DNA of 64,000 nucleotides from Caecitellus pseudoparvulus (taxonomy: Eukaryota > Protista > Bigyra: Bicosoecida), in assembly GCA_965644315.1 (NCBI GenBank), contig CBFFRQ010000068.1, positions 186,001 through 250,000 of the forward strand, in the 5' to 3' direction. Positions 43,801 to 56,200 of the stretch are shown here, piece by piece. Under the pieces are notes generated by a model. That model ran no database searches and had not been told where the DNA came from. It saw only the letters and a program-made list of their open reading frames with translations. Position numbers and translations under genes: made by a program. How positions within the stretch are numbered: position 1 is the first letter of the stretch; each line of letters begins with the position of its first letter.

Positions 43801-46800
43801 CGAGACTCTGCGTGTGGCAGTGGACGAGGTAGCGCCAGCAGAAGTGGTCACGCTGGAAGTATTTGATGAAGATGGCAAGAAGGACACCCCTCTTGGCACC
43901 GTCCGTGTGCCCTTGAAGGACATCCCCGTGGGCCCGGAAGAGAAAGGAGACCCTGTGTGGTACCCTGTGCACACAGACCCCGATGGCAAGAAGCAACAGG
44001 GGCAGCTCTTGGTGGGCATGACTTTCTACCCGCCAGGGGAAGAGCCCAAGGCTGCAGCTGGTGAGGATTCTCTCGCTGCTGGCTTGGACCTGGGCGATGG
44101 CTCGGCTGCTCAGTCTGGCCTTGCTGATGAATCTGATGATGAAGATGCCGAGGCCAAGCAAGAGAAGGACTTGACTGGACAATTGACCGTGCACGTGCAA
44201 GCGGCACGGGGTCTGCGGGACGCTGACTGGGCTGGCACCAGTGACCCGTTCGTTGTGGTAAAGGTGGACGAAGCCGAGCAGAAGACCGCAACTGTCAGCG
44301 GCACCACCGAGCCCGTGTTCAACGAGACCATGCAGTTCCCACTCACAGACGTCAAGCGGGGCAGTGTGTTGACAGCTGAGGTGTTCGATGAAGACGTTGG
44401 GGGAGGGCATGACTCACTCGGCACGGTGCACGTTCCCTTGGACAAGGCCATTACTGGCACGGACAAGGGCGAAGCAGAAGCCAAGTGGTACCCTGTGTAC
44501 TCAGATCCAGAGCAAACGAAGCAACATGGTGAGCTTCTCTTGGACTTCAAGTGGGACCCCGCCTGGGAACCAAACAAGGCGGAGGAGGAGGCAGCGGCAA
44601 AGGCAGCAGCAGAGAAGGAGGCTGCCGAGGCGGAAGCTGCTGCCAAGGCAGCGGCTGAAGCTGCTGCTGCTGCTGAGGCAGCTGCAGCAGAGGCAGCTGC
44701 CATCAAGATTCAGGCAGCAGCCCGTGGCCGCATGACTCGTGCAGAGCTGGAGGCGCAGCGAGCAGCTGAAGCTGAGCTGGAGGGCGGCGGGGAGCCTGAG
44801 CCGCGGTATGAGGGCCCTGATGAGCTGGACACTGCAGCACAGGCAACGCAGGTGGGCTTGCCCGAAGATGGACGAGTTTCGGGGACGCTTCTGGTGCAGA
44901 TCATTGCCGGCCGGGGGCTGCCGGACTCCGACGCTGTTGCTGCTACCAAGGGAAGTCAGCCGGTGCCGAAGGTTGACGAGTCCAAGTGCGACCCGTACGC
45001 TGTGGCCACTGTGCTGGGCAGCGACGAGACAGTGCGAGGGGAAGCCGCACATGACACTAGCGACCCGTCGTGGGACAATTCGTACATGATCGAGGTGAAG
45101 GATGTTCCTGTTCGTGAGGCTGCGTTGCGGCTGGAGGTGTGGGACGAGGACACCGTCGCAGCTTCAGCAAGGAAAGCTGCAGCGGCAGAAGCAGAACGCA
45201 ACGGGCAGGCTCCGCCCACCGCCGATGAAGATGGTGCTGATGACTTGCTGGGCGCCGTAACTCTGCCACTCGGGGACTTCTTGTGGCACAACGGCGTGGT
45301 TGAGGGGGAACTCGTGCGGCCCAAGGATGACAAGGCAGGGGAGTGGGTGAACTTGCGTGCACCACCCCTTGGGGCCTCGCCGCACTATGGGGACGAGGTG
45401 GGCCTGGTCAAGATCGCGTATGCGTGGCAGTGCACAGAGCGCACGGGAGAGGGGGCTGACGAAGCAGTCCCCGTGCCCGGCATGACTGATGATGAGGCAG
45501 CTTCCAAGATTCAGGCGCTGGCCCGTGGACGCAAGACCAGGCGCGAGCTCGCTGAGGCAGAAGCTGAGCGGAAGCAGAAGCTTGCGGATGAGGCGGCAGC
45601 AGCCGAGGCGGCTGCGGCGGCCGCCGCACAAGCGCTCAAAGAAGAGGAGGCAGCCATCCGTATCCAGGCAGCAGCGCGCGGTCGCATGGGGCGCAAAGCA
45701 GCCGATGACGCCCGGCTGGCCAAGCTCCGCGCAGAGGCTGAAGCGGCACAGGCCGCCGCCGCTGCTGCAGCCGCCAAGCTCATGGCCGAGAAGGACCCTC
45801 TGAACGAGCAGGCCCGCCAGGCACAGCGCCTGCTGCCGAAAGACGCTGTGGTCTCGGGCAATGTCCTGCTGTCTGTCAAGGACGGTGCGGTTCCCGCTGG
45901 CGCCGCTCCCAAGGTGCGACCCTCCAAGGCAGACCCGTTCCTCCTCATGTACGTGCTGGGTACGCCAGAGCTTGCTCAGAGCGACACGGTCGCAGACACG
46001 ACTGAGCCGGTGTGGGATGGCACGTACATTGTAAAGGTGGAAGATGCCCGTGTGCGGGACATGGTGCTGCGCGTTGAGGCTTGGGACGAAGACACCGTGG
46101 CCACGGAAGCTCACACAGCCTCAGGTGCGCTGCTTCCGCGCGCGAGCGGCGCCCCGGGCGGGGGGCCCTTGCCTGGCCAGGAAGAGCCACAGGACAAGCT
46201 CCAGGGTGTGGCCGTGGTGCCGCTAGGTGCCCTCGCTTGGCACCAGGGTGAAGTGGGGGGAGACATTGTCCGGGTGGACGATGGTGCCATGCTGCGCCTA
46301 CCTCTACGCCAGCCCCTGCCCAACCCGAGCGGAGATCCGTCCAAGCAAGAGTATGGCGAGGACACCGTCGGCTTCGTGAACTTGTCATACGGCTGGCAAG
46401 CTGATAAGCGCGCTGGGGGTGGTATTGAGGACGCCAAGGAAAAGGCAGCCACGGCGCCGGAGGGCCCCGAGGGTGACGCTTTGCGTCAGGCCGCAGACCC
46501 AACCTTGCAGCATGCCCCACTCCTGCTGCAGACTCCGCTGGATGACAAGCTGCTGCTTGCCGTGGAAGATGCAGTGCAGGCCCCTCCGGGAGGTGAAGGG
46601 GACGCGGCTCGCGCGGCAGCTGTGAAGACAGCAGCCACTGGACGAGGCAAGGGCGCAGTCACGGTGTCCCTGCTCGAGGCAGACCGCGTGCCTGGAGTGG
46701 AGGACCCCAGGTCGAGAGGACCAGCTGGCAAGTGGTGTGTTGTACCTTTTGTCGGGCTGGCCTCCTCCACACCAGCTGTGGGTGGTGGAGAGGACCCTGC

Positions 46801-49279
46801 CATTGGCCCACACCGCCACGCAGGAGCTCCGCGCAAGGCGGCGGGGGGTGGTGCGCGGTGGCCGCAGGATTTCGTCCTGCCCGTCGATACGACGGCTCGG
46901 GACACGCCGCTTGCTGAAGGCGTGGTGCTGGTTGGTTTGGCACCCGCCGGCGAGGAGGGTGCCCCCGAGTCCGCGCCTGTGACTGCTGTGGCGGCTGTCC
47001 CTCTGGGAGCTCTGATGCAGGAGGAGGGGTCGACAGAAGGCCCCAGAGCAATCTCAGGCAAGTGGACCCTCTTGGACCCTGACACGCTGCAGCCGCTGGA
47101 AGATGGCGGTGATGTCACGCTGAATGTGGCGTTCAGCCCAGGGGACGATGCCTTTGACGATGCAGTGGCGTCAGGCGGCGCCGGGCCGGCGCCGGGGCCC
47201 ACCCCAGAAGAGCTGGCTGAGGAGGCCCAGCGCCGCGCAGCTGAAGAAGCTGAGGAGGCTGCCCGCAAGGCAGCGGCAGAGGAGGCTGAGGAGGCTGCTC
47301 GCCGAGCAGCAGCTGAGGAGGCTGCCCGCAAAGCAGCGGCAGAGGACAACCCTCCGAACCCAGACGAAACTGCAGCCGCCACCGGCGTGGATGCCTTCTT
47401 GGAGGGTGGCAGCCCAGAGGCCTCCCGGCGGTCCACCCGGAGCAGGCGGAAGAACCGGCACCAGCCACCGGAAGTGCCCGCTGAGGCCATGTTTGGTGTG
47501 GGGACGGGAGTGGGGACGGGGTACCCCAAGCAGCTGCTGCCGCACCGCACAGCAGAGGAAGTGGACGCCACAGCAGACCGCTTCCAGACGCCAGGGCCGG
47601 GCTCGTACGCGCCGACGACCGACGCCCGCGGCAAGAGCGTCGTCTTCGGCGCAGAGGCCTCCGCCCACACCGCGTCCATGTACACGACCGCCGCCGAGTG
47701 GGATTTGATTCGCCAGACCAAGGGCCAGCGGGCCATCTCCCCCGCTTCGGCTGCCGTCATCGCGACGTCCTCCTTTGCCCACACGCCGTATGCGCATGGG
47801 GAGGGGACCCGGCCCGTGAGCCGGGGACAACGCCAGGCCGGCACAGGCGTGTGGGGGCACGCCCACCCCAAGGGCGCCTTCTTCGGGTCCACTGCCAGGC
47901 CGTGGCAAGCGCCAGCTCAGGGTGACGGCGTGCCAGGGCCTGGCTCCTACGCGCACGCTGACGCGACAGGGCTGCCGTCTGGGGTGCGTGCTGCCAAGCG
48001 CAAGGTGCGGCGTCGCCGTGGCCCTGACGGCACTGTGCGCACTGAGTATGAGGGTCCCACCGCCGGCCGCAGTGTGGACAGCACCAAACGGAACGCGCCG
48101 GGGCATTCATTCGGCTCTGCGCCCCGCATGCCGCGCAACGCGTGGGGTGCCAACGAAGCGGGGCCCGCCCCTGGCGACCACCAGCACGCTGACCGAGCTG
48201 TGCCCAGTCTGCAGCGTGGCGCCCGGCGCAAGGCGGGTGGGAAGGCGCCCCGTTCCGGCACAGGCCGCAGCGTTCGAGAGCGCGCGGCAGAGCACCCCAT
48301 CGGGCGCGGTGTGGGTGCGCTCAGTGACCGGCGGCGCGCGCCTGGGTACTCCTTCGGGCGTGCTGCACGTGAAGGCCCACGCAACCGAGACAGGGAGACC
48401 TTCCCTGCGCCGGGCGTGCACCAGGGCCCTGGCTTCAACTCCAGCATCGGCGCCAGCGCGCACGATGGGCGCCCGGACACGGCCCCCGATGGGCACGGCC
48501 GCACTGAGTACGATGATTACTCGCGCTACCCCTCCAGTGAGAGCAAAGCCCCCACCCGCGGCTCGCTCAGTGCACGGGAGCGTGTGGTGGGGCACACGCC
48601 AGCTCCGACCTTTGGTCGCGCGCCCCGCGGCATCAACCCAGGCGATGAAGATGCCTATGTGATGGACCCATCCGCGTCGTCTGGTGTGCGTGCCGCGCGG
48701 GCATCGAAAAAGTACTACGACACAGGGCCGGCGCCAGGGGACCACACTCCCCAGGATGACATGCAGTCGGCGCTGCGGCAGTCTGCTGCCACCCGGCGTG
48801 GCGCCGCCACGTCCTTTGGAGCCGAGGCCCGCTTCGCGCCCTCTGCATCACAGCGGGACCAGGCGGCTATGCCTGGCCCGGGGGCGCACGACGCCCACCT
48901 CGTCATGGCTTCGGGTGACCCTCACCTGGCACAGGACACGACCGTCCTCGTGCCTGAGCGCCGCTCGCGCCACGCGCCACACCCACCGAGCACGACCTCG
49001 GAGCGGTACTCGCAGTCCTCTGTCGGGCGCGCACCCCCCCAGCGCTCGGGCCGCTCCATGCGCTCGACGGGCGCGTCCACGGCGTCCAAATTCGCAGCGC
49101 CGCCAGATGGCGCAGCTCGCGAGTATGTCGTGCGCCCGGGACACGCCGCTAGCTCTGCCAGCCCCAGCCGGGGCCGGCGGCCGCCAGCGTACTCCTTTGG
49201 TACGTCCACTCGGGAGCACCCTTTCCTGAGTGAGGGTAGGGAGAAGTCGTATGGCTCGGCGTGGAAGCCCAGGCTGTAG
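37853..49279 (+). CDS. Giant (~3750 aa) multi-C2 domain protein with IQ motifs and C-terminal SHIPPO/PGP (ODF3-like) repeats
   Basis: Exon 1 is 37853-38264 (a C2 domain), the intron 38265-38438 (GTAAGT...CTCAG) and exon 2 38439-49279. It has about 14 C2 units (LKDADFFGKSDPYV...NPEWNE...MDEDGEKDGSLGEV type) with Glu/Ala/Lys helical linkers. Three IQxxxRGxxxR motifs lie at ~44700, ~45500 and ~45655, and PGPGSY/PAPGDH repeats at 47588-48889. Confidence 0.88.
39485..41932 (+). repeat. Four near-identical ~420-bp intragenic repeats, each encoding one C2 domain
   Basis: Copies begin (gtggacgagcgcaaaaccctcaac) at 39491, 40088, 40769 and 41513, giving spacings of 597, 681 and 744 nt, all multiples of 3. 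They differ at only a few sites and are separated by divergent EAAAK-type linkers. Much of the C2 at ~38540-38900 shares the same DNA sequence. Confidence 0.95.
47216..47345 (+). repeat. Coding tandem repeat encoding EEAARKAAAE-type single-alpha-helix units
   Basis: EEAQRRAAEEAEEAARKAAAEEAEEAARRAAAEEAARKAAAE, with repeated gctgaggaggctgc units. Confidence 0.75.
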
Positions 49280-49345
49280 AGGCCTGACAATGCAACGTGA
49301 CCTCGTGAGCTGACCATGGCGTGGGTGCTGGACAGGAGCGTGCAT

Positions 49346-49861
49346 TTACAAGGCACCGTCATTGTGGCGCAAGAACTTCGACCGCGGCATGCCAGTTGAC
49401 AGGCCAGACGTCCTATAGTTTCCGCTAGACGCAAACTCCTGTGCAGCCAGAGACGCAGGCAAGCTGAGCCGCGCCAGCCGGCCAGCCTCACGCAACCGCT
49501 CACCTTTGAGAAACGCCCGTGCTTCGCATGCTTTGGCTTTTCCACAACATGAACCACGCCTGTTGGAACGACCCCGTAGCTCCCGGATGAGGTTTGGTAT
49601 AGGGGGTGCTGCCTTTCCTTCTTCTGCTTGTAGTACTCTGTCGCAAAAACGCCCGCAAGGATGAAACGCAACCGAAACTTCTCCGGGCTACGGGCAGCCA
49701 CCCAACGCACCGAACTTCTCTTCCAGAGTCAGCTCATCATACGACTTTTCCATCGGCTGAGTCGCCGCAAGGTACTCCTTCATAGCTTCAGGAACCTCAT
49801 GGGGCTGCTGCCCAGCAGCAGTTGCGCTTGTCGCTTGCGCTGCGCCTGGCTCGGATGCCAT
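49346..49861 (-). CDS. PIERCE1: PIERCE1/PIERCE2 (FAP182)-like ciliary microtubule inner protein (125 aa)
   Basis: Exons 49861-49711, 49637-49504 and 49438-49346, with GT-AG introns of 73 and 65 nt. The product contains QHPLYQTSSGSYG...HGRFSKEFASSGNYRTSGLST, matching the Piercer pattern. The ORF track does not show it as a single ORF. Confidence 0.8.
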
Positions 49862-50248
49862 TGCCAGGTGTAGCCAAGGGAGTGGGGCTTCTATCTCGAA
49901 GACGAGAGCGTGCAGTTGTTGAGCGGTAGAGGTTGTGTGTGGGCGTTGTTCCGAGTGTTTTTGTCGATCGCTTAGAATGGTAATACGTAGCTTGCGATGC
50001 CAGTATTGGACCAAATTTGGCCGTGCGTGCAGCACATCATGCTCTTTGCTTTCTTCGCAGAGGGCAAGCGTTGGGACCCACTTCGCGTGCTCTTTGCAAC
50101 AACAACGAATACAGCAAATCCCCACAACCCAAGAGTTCCTAGCCGCGCACCCGGCAGGCCTTGCCTGCGGTTCGAGGGGCTGTTGGGCCGCGCCGCCTCT
50201 GCAGGCTTGTGCGAGAGGCGTGTCTGTGACCTGGCTCGCTGAGCCAAG

Positions 50249-53200
50249 ATGGCCAACTTGCAAGCATGTTTGGAAGAAGCGAAGGAACTGGTCACAGGCT
50301 CTAAAGAAGCCGATGCTTCCTCTCAGTTCAGGCTTTCATGCCTTTTGGAAGCTGCCTTTGGGGAGCTGCACCAGGTCAGCGCCAAGGTGTGTCTGCGGAA
50401 GTAGGCCGGGCCATCCTCTGCAGCTTGCAAGACACCTTTCTGCCGTCTGCCTACATGCAGGACATCAAGGGCAGCATCTGCAACACCCTCACAGAGTGCC
50501 ACGATGCATGTCTGACTGAGAGGGGCCTCACTTTCCTCTGCAGAGCCAGTCGGTCATCCCTGGCCCGAGTTGCCGCAGCGGCCTGTGGTCTTGCTGCTGA
50601 TGGCTCTCGGCGTGGCGAGGCACTGCTGCAGCAATGGACGCGAACTGCATTCGAGCGGAGCAGCTCACCGGCCCTGAAAGCGTGTGTACTGCGCCTCAAG
50701 CGTGCTCTCGCCACCCTCGCTAGCAAGCTGCTCCGCCCTTGCGCAGCCTGAGCTTGGAGCTGCTGGGCGCCTCCCTCTCACATGGCTTGGCTGCTGCGGT
50801 GAGCCGCAAGGCAGTCGCAGCCTTGGTCGTGCCACTGACCAAGGCACTGAAGTCAGCAGGCCCAGAGGCACTGGTTGGTGCCACTGTGACTGCCCTCGCT
50901 GCTGTGCTGCAGGCGCTCGAAGCTCAGCCTGACCCGGCCCTGGACCTGAGCGCTTGCTTGGGCTCGTTGTGCAGCGTGGTGACCAAAGACAAAGCGTCAG
51001 CGGCACTCAGACGATCCGTTGGCAGTGCGCTCACCGCTGCTGTTCCGGCGGTGCTTGCCAGTGGTTGGCGAGCTGCGGGGGCCTGGAAGTCTCTCCCGCC
51101 CAAGGGGTCCACGGACGCTCCGCGGACAGGCATGTTCGACGCCGCCCCCGTCCCTGCGCCGGGGTCCACCACCGTGCCAGGGGCAGCCACTCACATCGTT
51201 GAGGCGTGCCTGGCTGGGATGTGCGCTGCAGAGCCCGGCGTGCGGCGGGTGTGGGCTGCCACGTACGCAGGGTGGCTGGCCGGCAGCGTCCTGCACAGCT
51301 TGAAGCACGGCGCAGGCGGACTGCAGGGCGGGGAGACGCCGCCTCGTGAAGCACAGGACGGAGAAGGGAGCGATGATGACGCTGAGCCCGACAGGCCTCT
51401 GGACCTCCCTGCAGCTCTGGTGGCTGACGCGCACGCCTTTGGGCTCACACCGAGTGCGTGGGCGAGGCTGTGGGGCATGGACGCAGGCAGCGCAGACCGA
51501 GCCCGCCACCGAGACATGTCCGTGAGAGCGAGTGCTGGGAGTGCAGATGGGGATGCAGGCACGCCCGGCTCTGCCTTCGCTGGGGCTGTGAGCACTGGGC
51601 AGTCCACCAGCGACAAGGCAGCAGTGTCGCAAGGACACAGGCGGGGGTCGGATGCTGGTGCTGGCAGCACATCAGGGTCAACGTCCCGGCTAGGCCGACT
51701 TGGAGGCCTGTTCTCCCGCAAGAAGCGCGGGCTGGACGCTGCCTCCCTGCAGCAATTAGAAGCAGCCGCCTGGGTACGGGGGCTCGCTCCCCACCAAGCG
51801 CTCCTGCTCATCTCATTCCATATGCGGGCTGGCCCCCCTCCCAGCTCAGTCAGCCAAGGGTGGGCCACCATTGACGGTAAGTCGGGGGGGCCAGGTCACG
51901 GAGCAGCCTTCAGGGGATCTGGCTGGGGCGGCGGCGCTGTGCTGTCAGCTGCGGCGCAAGCAGCACACCCGGCAGCTGCCAACCCAGCTGCTCAGCAAGC
52001 CATGTTTTTGCAAGCCTTGGGCTTGGCAGCGACGCTCTTTCTGCGCAGCGTGCGCATGGATGCCATGCAGCACGCTGACGGCACGCTACCGCTCGTCTTG
52101 CTGGCCACGCTGCGGTGTGGGTTGTCTCCACGCCCTGCCGTCTGCACCCAGGCGCTGGCTGCTTCCGAACGCCTGGGAGCCTCTCTTGGCGCCCCAGGAG
52201 CTGGATTGCTCCTGGCTGGGGATGCAAGTGCCGGGAGTGACGTGTTTCACCCCCCCCCTGGCCCCTGTGACGGGGCTCCATGGGGCACGTCCCCCCTTGG
52301 CGAGGATGTAGAGTGGGGCACTGCCGGGCCACTCGCTACTCTCGCTCGCGCAGGCTGCGTCAACATGGTGCAGCGCGGACTCTTGGCAAGTCTGGGGAGC
52401 CCCGGGAGCAAGGACAGCCCGGGCTGGTGCATGTGGGTCGACACATTGGTGCAGCACTTGTTGGAGGCTGTTCTGCGGGGCCTGCGGTGGGGCTTCGCTG
52501 GCGATGTATTTGGACTGTCTGACACTTGCCCAGCCCCCAGCGTCCTCTCTCCCGTGGCAAGCTGGGAGCAGGGGCGAGGAGGTAGGCCGCTGGGCCCTGC
52601 TTCCTCTGCCGGGGCTTGCTCCGGCGGGCTACGTCGCAACCACCCAGCAGAGGCTTCCTGTGTGCTCCCTGGGACAGGGACGCCAGCTGAGCTCGCTGCC
52701 ATGGCTCCAGCCATGCCCTGGGCGGAGGGTCTGACACCCAACATGTGGCTTGCCGCATGCAGCGCGCTGTTGGCTGCGCTACCACACGCATCGGCCGCAG
52801 TGGCCTCGTCCTCATCGGGGGCCTTGCTTTCCCACTTACTGCCGTGTTCCTGCGTGGCGAGCAGCCTGCTCCCACCCGGGGGACGCGTGTGTCTGAACCC
52901 AGCTGCACGGATTGCGCGGGTAGCTGGAGGGGCTGCACCGATACCGCAGCTGCCCTTCACCGATGCAGCTGCCGTCGCTCCCGGCGATGCGCCTCTTTCC
53001 CACGTCTTTGCTTCTCCGATCCCCGCGATTGCCAGCGCTGGGTTGTCTTTGCTGGCCTGGGCGCTTCCTCACCATGTCACTGCAGTTCCCGCAGTTCTGC
53101 GGGTCGCCCTTTCCACGTGTACTGGCCTCGCCTCTCTCGTGGGGTCAGAGACATTCCATGCTTCCGCTGCAGCTGCGGCGGCTGCCTCTGTCATGTCTCA

Positions 53201-56200
53201 AGCCAAGCAGCACGGCTTTGTGTCAGGGCCTGGATCCAAGTCAGGCGCTTCTTCCGACAACACATCAGGTACGGTCCCCCTGCCGCCTTCACCCGACTGT
53301 GGTCCTTTCCAAGGGCCTGCTGCAGCTACAGGGGGGTTCAGCTGCCCTGGTTCCACAGGCGGAATGGCCAGTGGCTTGTCGGCCCTGCAAGCGCCAGAAG
53401 CAAGCAAGCTGCGCCAACTGGTGGGCGCGGCAGCAGTGGTGGCCTGTGCCGTCGGCGCATGCGTACATGCTGGCCCGCTTGCCATAGCAGCGCCTCGCAT
53501 CCAGGAGGCCGCCCTTGTTTGTGTGGCGGGGGCGCTGCCAGGTATTCTGGACGCAGCGGTGCAGCTGGTCACAGCGCATCGAGGCGTGTCACCCGCCTTC
53601 GCTGGTGGGGAGGTCGCCGCCATCGGGGCAGCGTTGCCAGGGGGGGTGAACGAGTCAGGCGTCGTCCCGTGGACGAGTCATGGCACAACGCCCAGCGGAG
53701 CTGCCTGGGCCACAGTAGCAGCAGATGCCGTGCGAGCCGAAGTGGCTGCTGCGTGTGGAGTGGCTGGGTGGAGACTTTGGGCAGCGCTGGCCTTGGCCCC
53801 TCGAGCCTGGTGGGCAACAGATGATCGTTCCCGCACATTTGCTCGCTTGCTGGAAGTCGAAAGTCGGTGTCTGCACGAGGGGCAGGAACCAAGCAGCGAA
53901 GACATCCATGCATTGTCGCCGCTGGCTGCAGGCACACTGAGGCTGTTGGTGGGAGCCCCTGGGAAAGGGCCAAAGCCTGGTCAATTGCGCGATACGCTGG
54001 CCACTATCGGCCCGTCTACTAGCTGCTCCGGCCCTACCGATCCCAGTTGCCTGACCTTTGAGTCGCTGGTTCGTGCACCGGTTGCTTGGAGGTGGGTTGC
54101 GGTGGCTTCAGCGGCTCGAGCAGCAAGCCTCATGCTGCACAGGCACGGTGCCACCCTTGGCCAGATCGACTCCACCTGGCTTGGCCCCTTCATGAATGCC
54201 TTGACTCACACAACGTCCCTCCTGACTGCTGGGGTGGCACTGCCCGGGTCTGCGTCTGCCATGCTAGCAGATGGATCACCTGGCTCGGGAGGCAAAGAGG
54301 CATCACCACACCCTCTACCAGCTGCACTATCAGCACACTTGGCGTCCAGTTGGGCTTGCCCGGCGATCCGCCTCGTGGGGGAGGGCGTTCGTCACGTCGC
54401 AGGGGTGATGTTGGCCGCCGTCGCTGCTCTGCCGGTCACGGCCCTGGGGGCGTCGCCAGCTGCCCTGCGTGCCCACGCGCTGCATGCCTCGATAACGAGC
54501 ATATCAGGCGGTTCTGTCCAACCAAGAGCGAAGTCCAGCCCATCTCCCCGGCCTGTAATGTCTGCTTTGGGGCTCTCCCTCCGCGTGTGCCTCGGCGTGC
54601 CAGAGACACCAGTGGAGGCCTTGTCCCTATTCCCAGCGGATGCAGTGCTGGGTCTTGGGCAAGCTTCAGTTGCTCCGCCGGGGCAGACATACTGGAAGGC
54701 TGCTCGCCTGGCTCTGGCGGCGGCTGGTCACCCGCTGGGAGCTGGTGCGTCGCCGGGCACTGCGTCTGGAGGAGCGTGGCCGCTGCCAGATCCCGTCTTG
54801 GGCGCGGGGTCCAGCCCTGAAGCCGGGCACTTTTCTCCTGTGCATGCAAGGCTCTTCACCCTTGACCAGCCATCGGGTGGGTGTGCTTTTGATCAAAGTT
54901 GGGGGGTCTGGACTGGAGCGCTTCCCCCCACGCTGCACTGTCCGCCCCCTCACTTGCTGGGCAGTCCCTCGAAACTTCCAGTTGGTTTGCGGCACGGCGT
55001 GGAAGTGAGCGCTATTCTTTTGGCATCAACTGCGCGGACATCTCTTGTGCAAGCTGGAGCTGTGCAGGCGTGCCCCAGCCACGCACGAGCTGCCACTGCT
55101 TTGCACAAGTTGCTCCCCAGCGGCACGTTGATCGGCGTTGGTAGCGCCGGTGAAGTCACATGGGACGGTGTCCTGTCCAGCCTTGCACTGCCAGACGCGA
55201 GGGGCGTGCAACCTGGGGTTTGGGGATTGACACCCCCTGAGTGGCTGAACGAGCACTCCTGGAGCCAATGCTGGGCCCTGCATTCCTCGCGGCTGTCCGC
55301 TCAGTCGAGCAGCGCCCGCCTTGGGGCTGCTGCTCTGGCTGCAGGGACAAAGCTGTTGTCCAAAGCGACAGACCAAGCGAAGCATGCCCTGCTGTCAGCG
55401 CTGCTGTGGCCCCTGAAGCCTGCAGGTGCTCGCGTCGCTGCCGCTACTTCGGGGCGCTTCACCCTGCACCCAGACGTTGCTGTAGGCCCTGCTCGGACGC
55501 TCATCGCTCGACTAGGGGTGGCGGCGGTACTGCAAGTGCTCGCAGACACGACCAATCTCGAGCACAAGGCAGCATCACCTTCCCCCTTGCCGCCCTGGCT
55601 GCCTGCTGTGCGAGGCATGCTGGGGGCCGGGGTGGGCCACGTGGATGTTGCTGTGCGGCGGGCCTCGGCGCAGGCACTGGGGGAAGTTGTTCGCCTCGCA
55701 GGGCATGTTCGTGGAATGGCCCAGCGCCTGCTCACCACCGTGCACAAGCAACTTGAAGCGGGAAGCGACATGTCTTCGGCAGTTCACTCGGGCGCGCTGT
55801 TCGCTCTTGCAGCAATGCTGCGTGGTGCGCGCGCTGTTGGTGGCCGCCGAGGGGTGCACCTGGACACTGCATGCGTGCAGAATGTTCTAGCCACTTTGTT
55901 TAAGGCTTGCACAGAGGTGAAGCAGCCGTTGCGGAGTTGGGCGCTTCACTCGTGGGTTGTCGCCTTGCAGAGCTTGCCTCCGCGGCTGTCCAGTGAGCCG
56001 TACGTTGCGTCGACCCTCTCGTTGCTCGAGGCACACACCGTTGCCTCGGGGGCCGTTGGTGCCGACCCCCCACCTTGCTCATTCATCGACGATTCAGCCT
56101 GTTCAGCAGCCGGCAACAGCGTGTGTGTACTGTCCCAGGGCGCCAGCGCGGCGGCGGGTGCTGTGTTCGAAGGAGGCGCCGCTTCGGGGCACTGGTTGTC

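Noticed and set aside
49935-50248. Short ORFs upstream of HEATR5 (49935-50519, 49997-50242)
   Set aside because: Better explained as the divergent PIERCE/HEATR5 promoter and UTR region; the spliced model from ATG 50249 is consistent without them.
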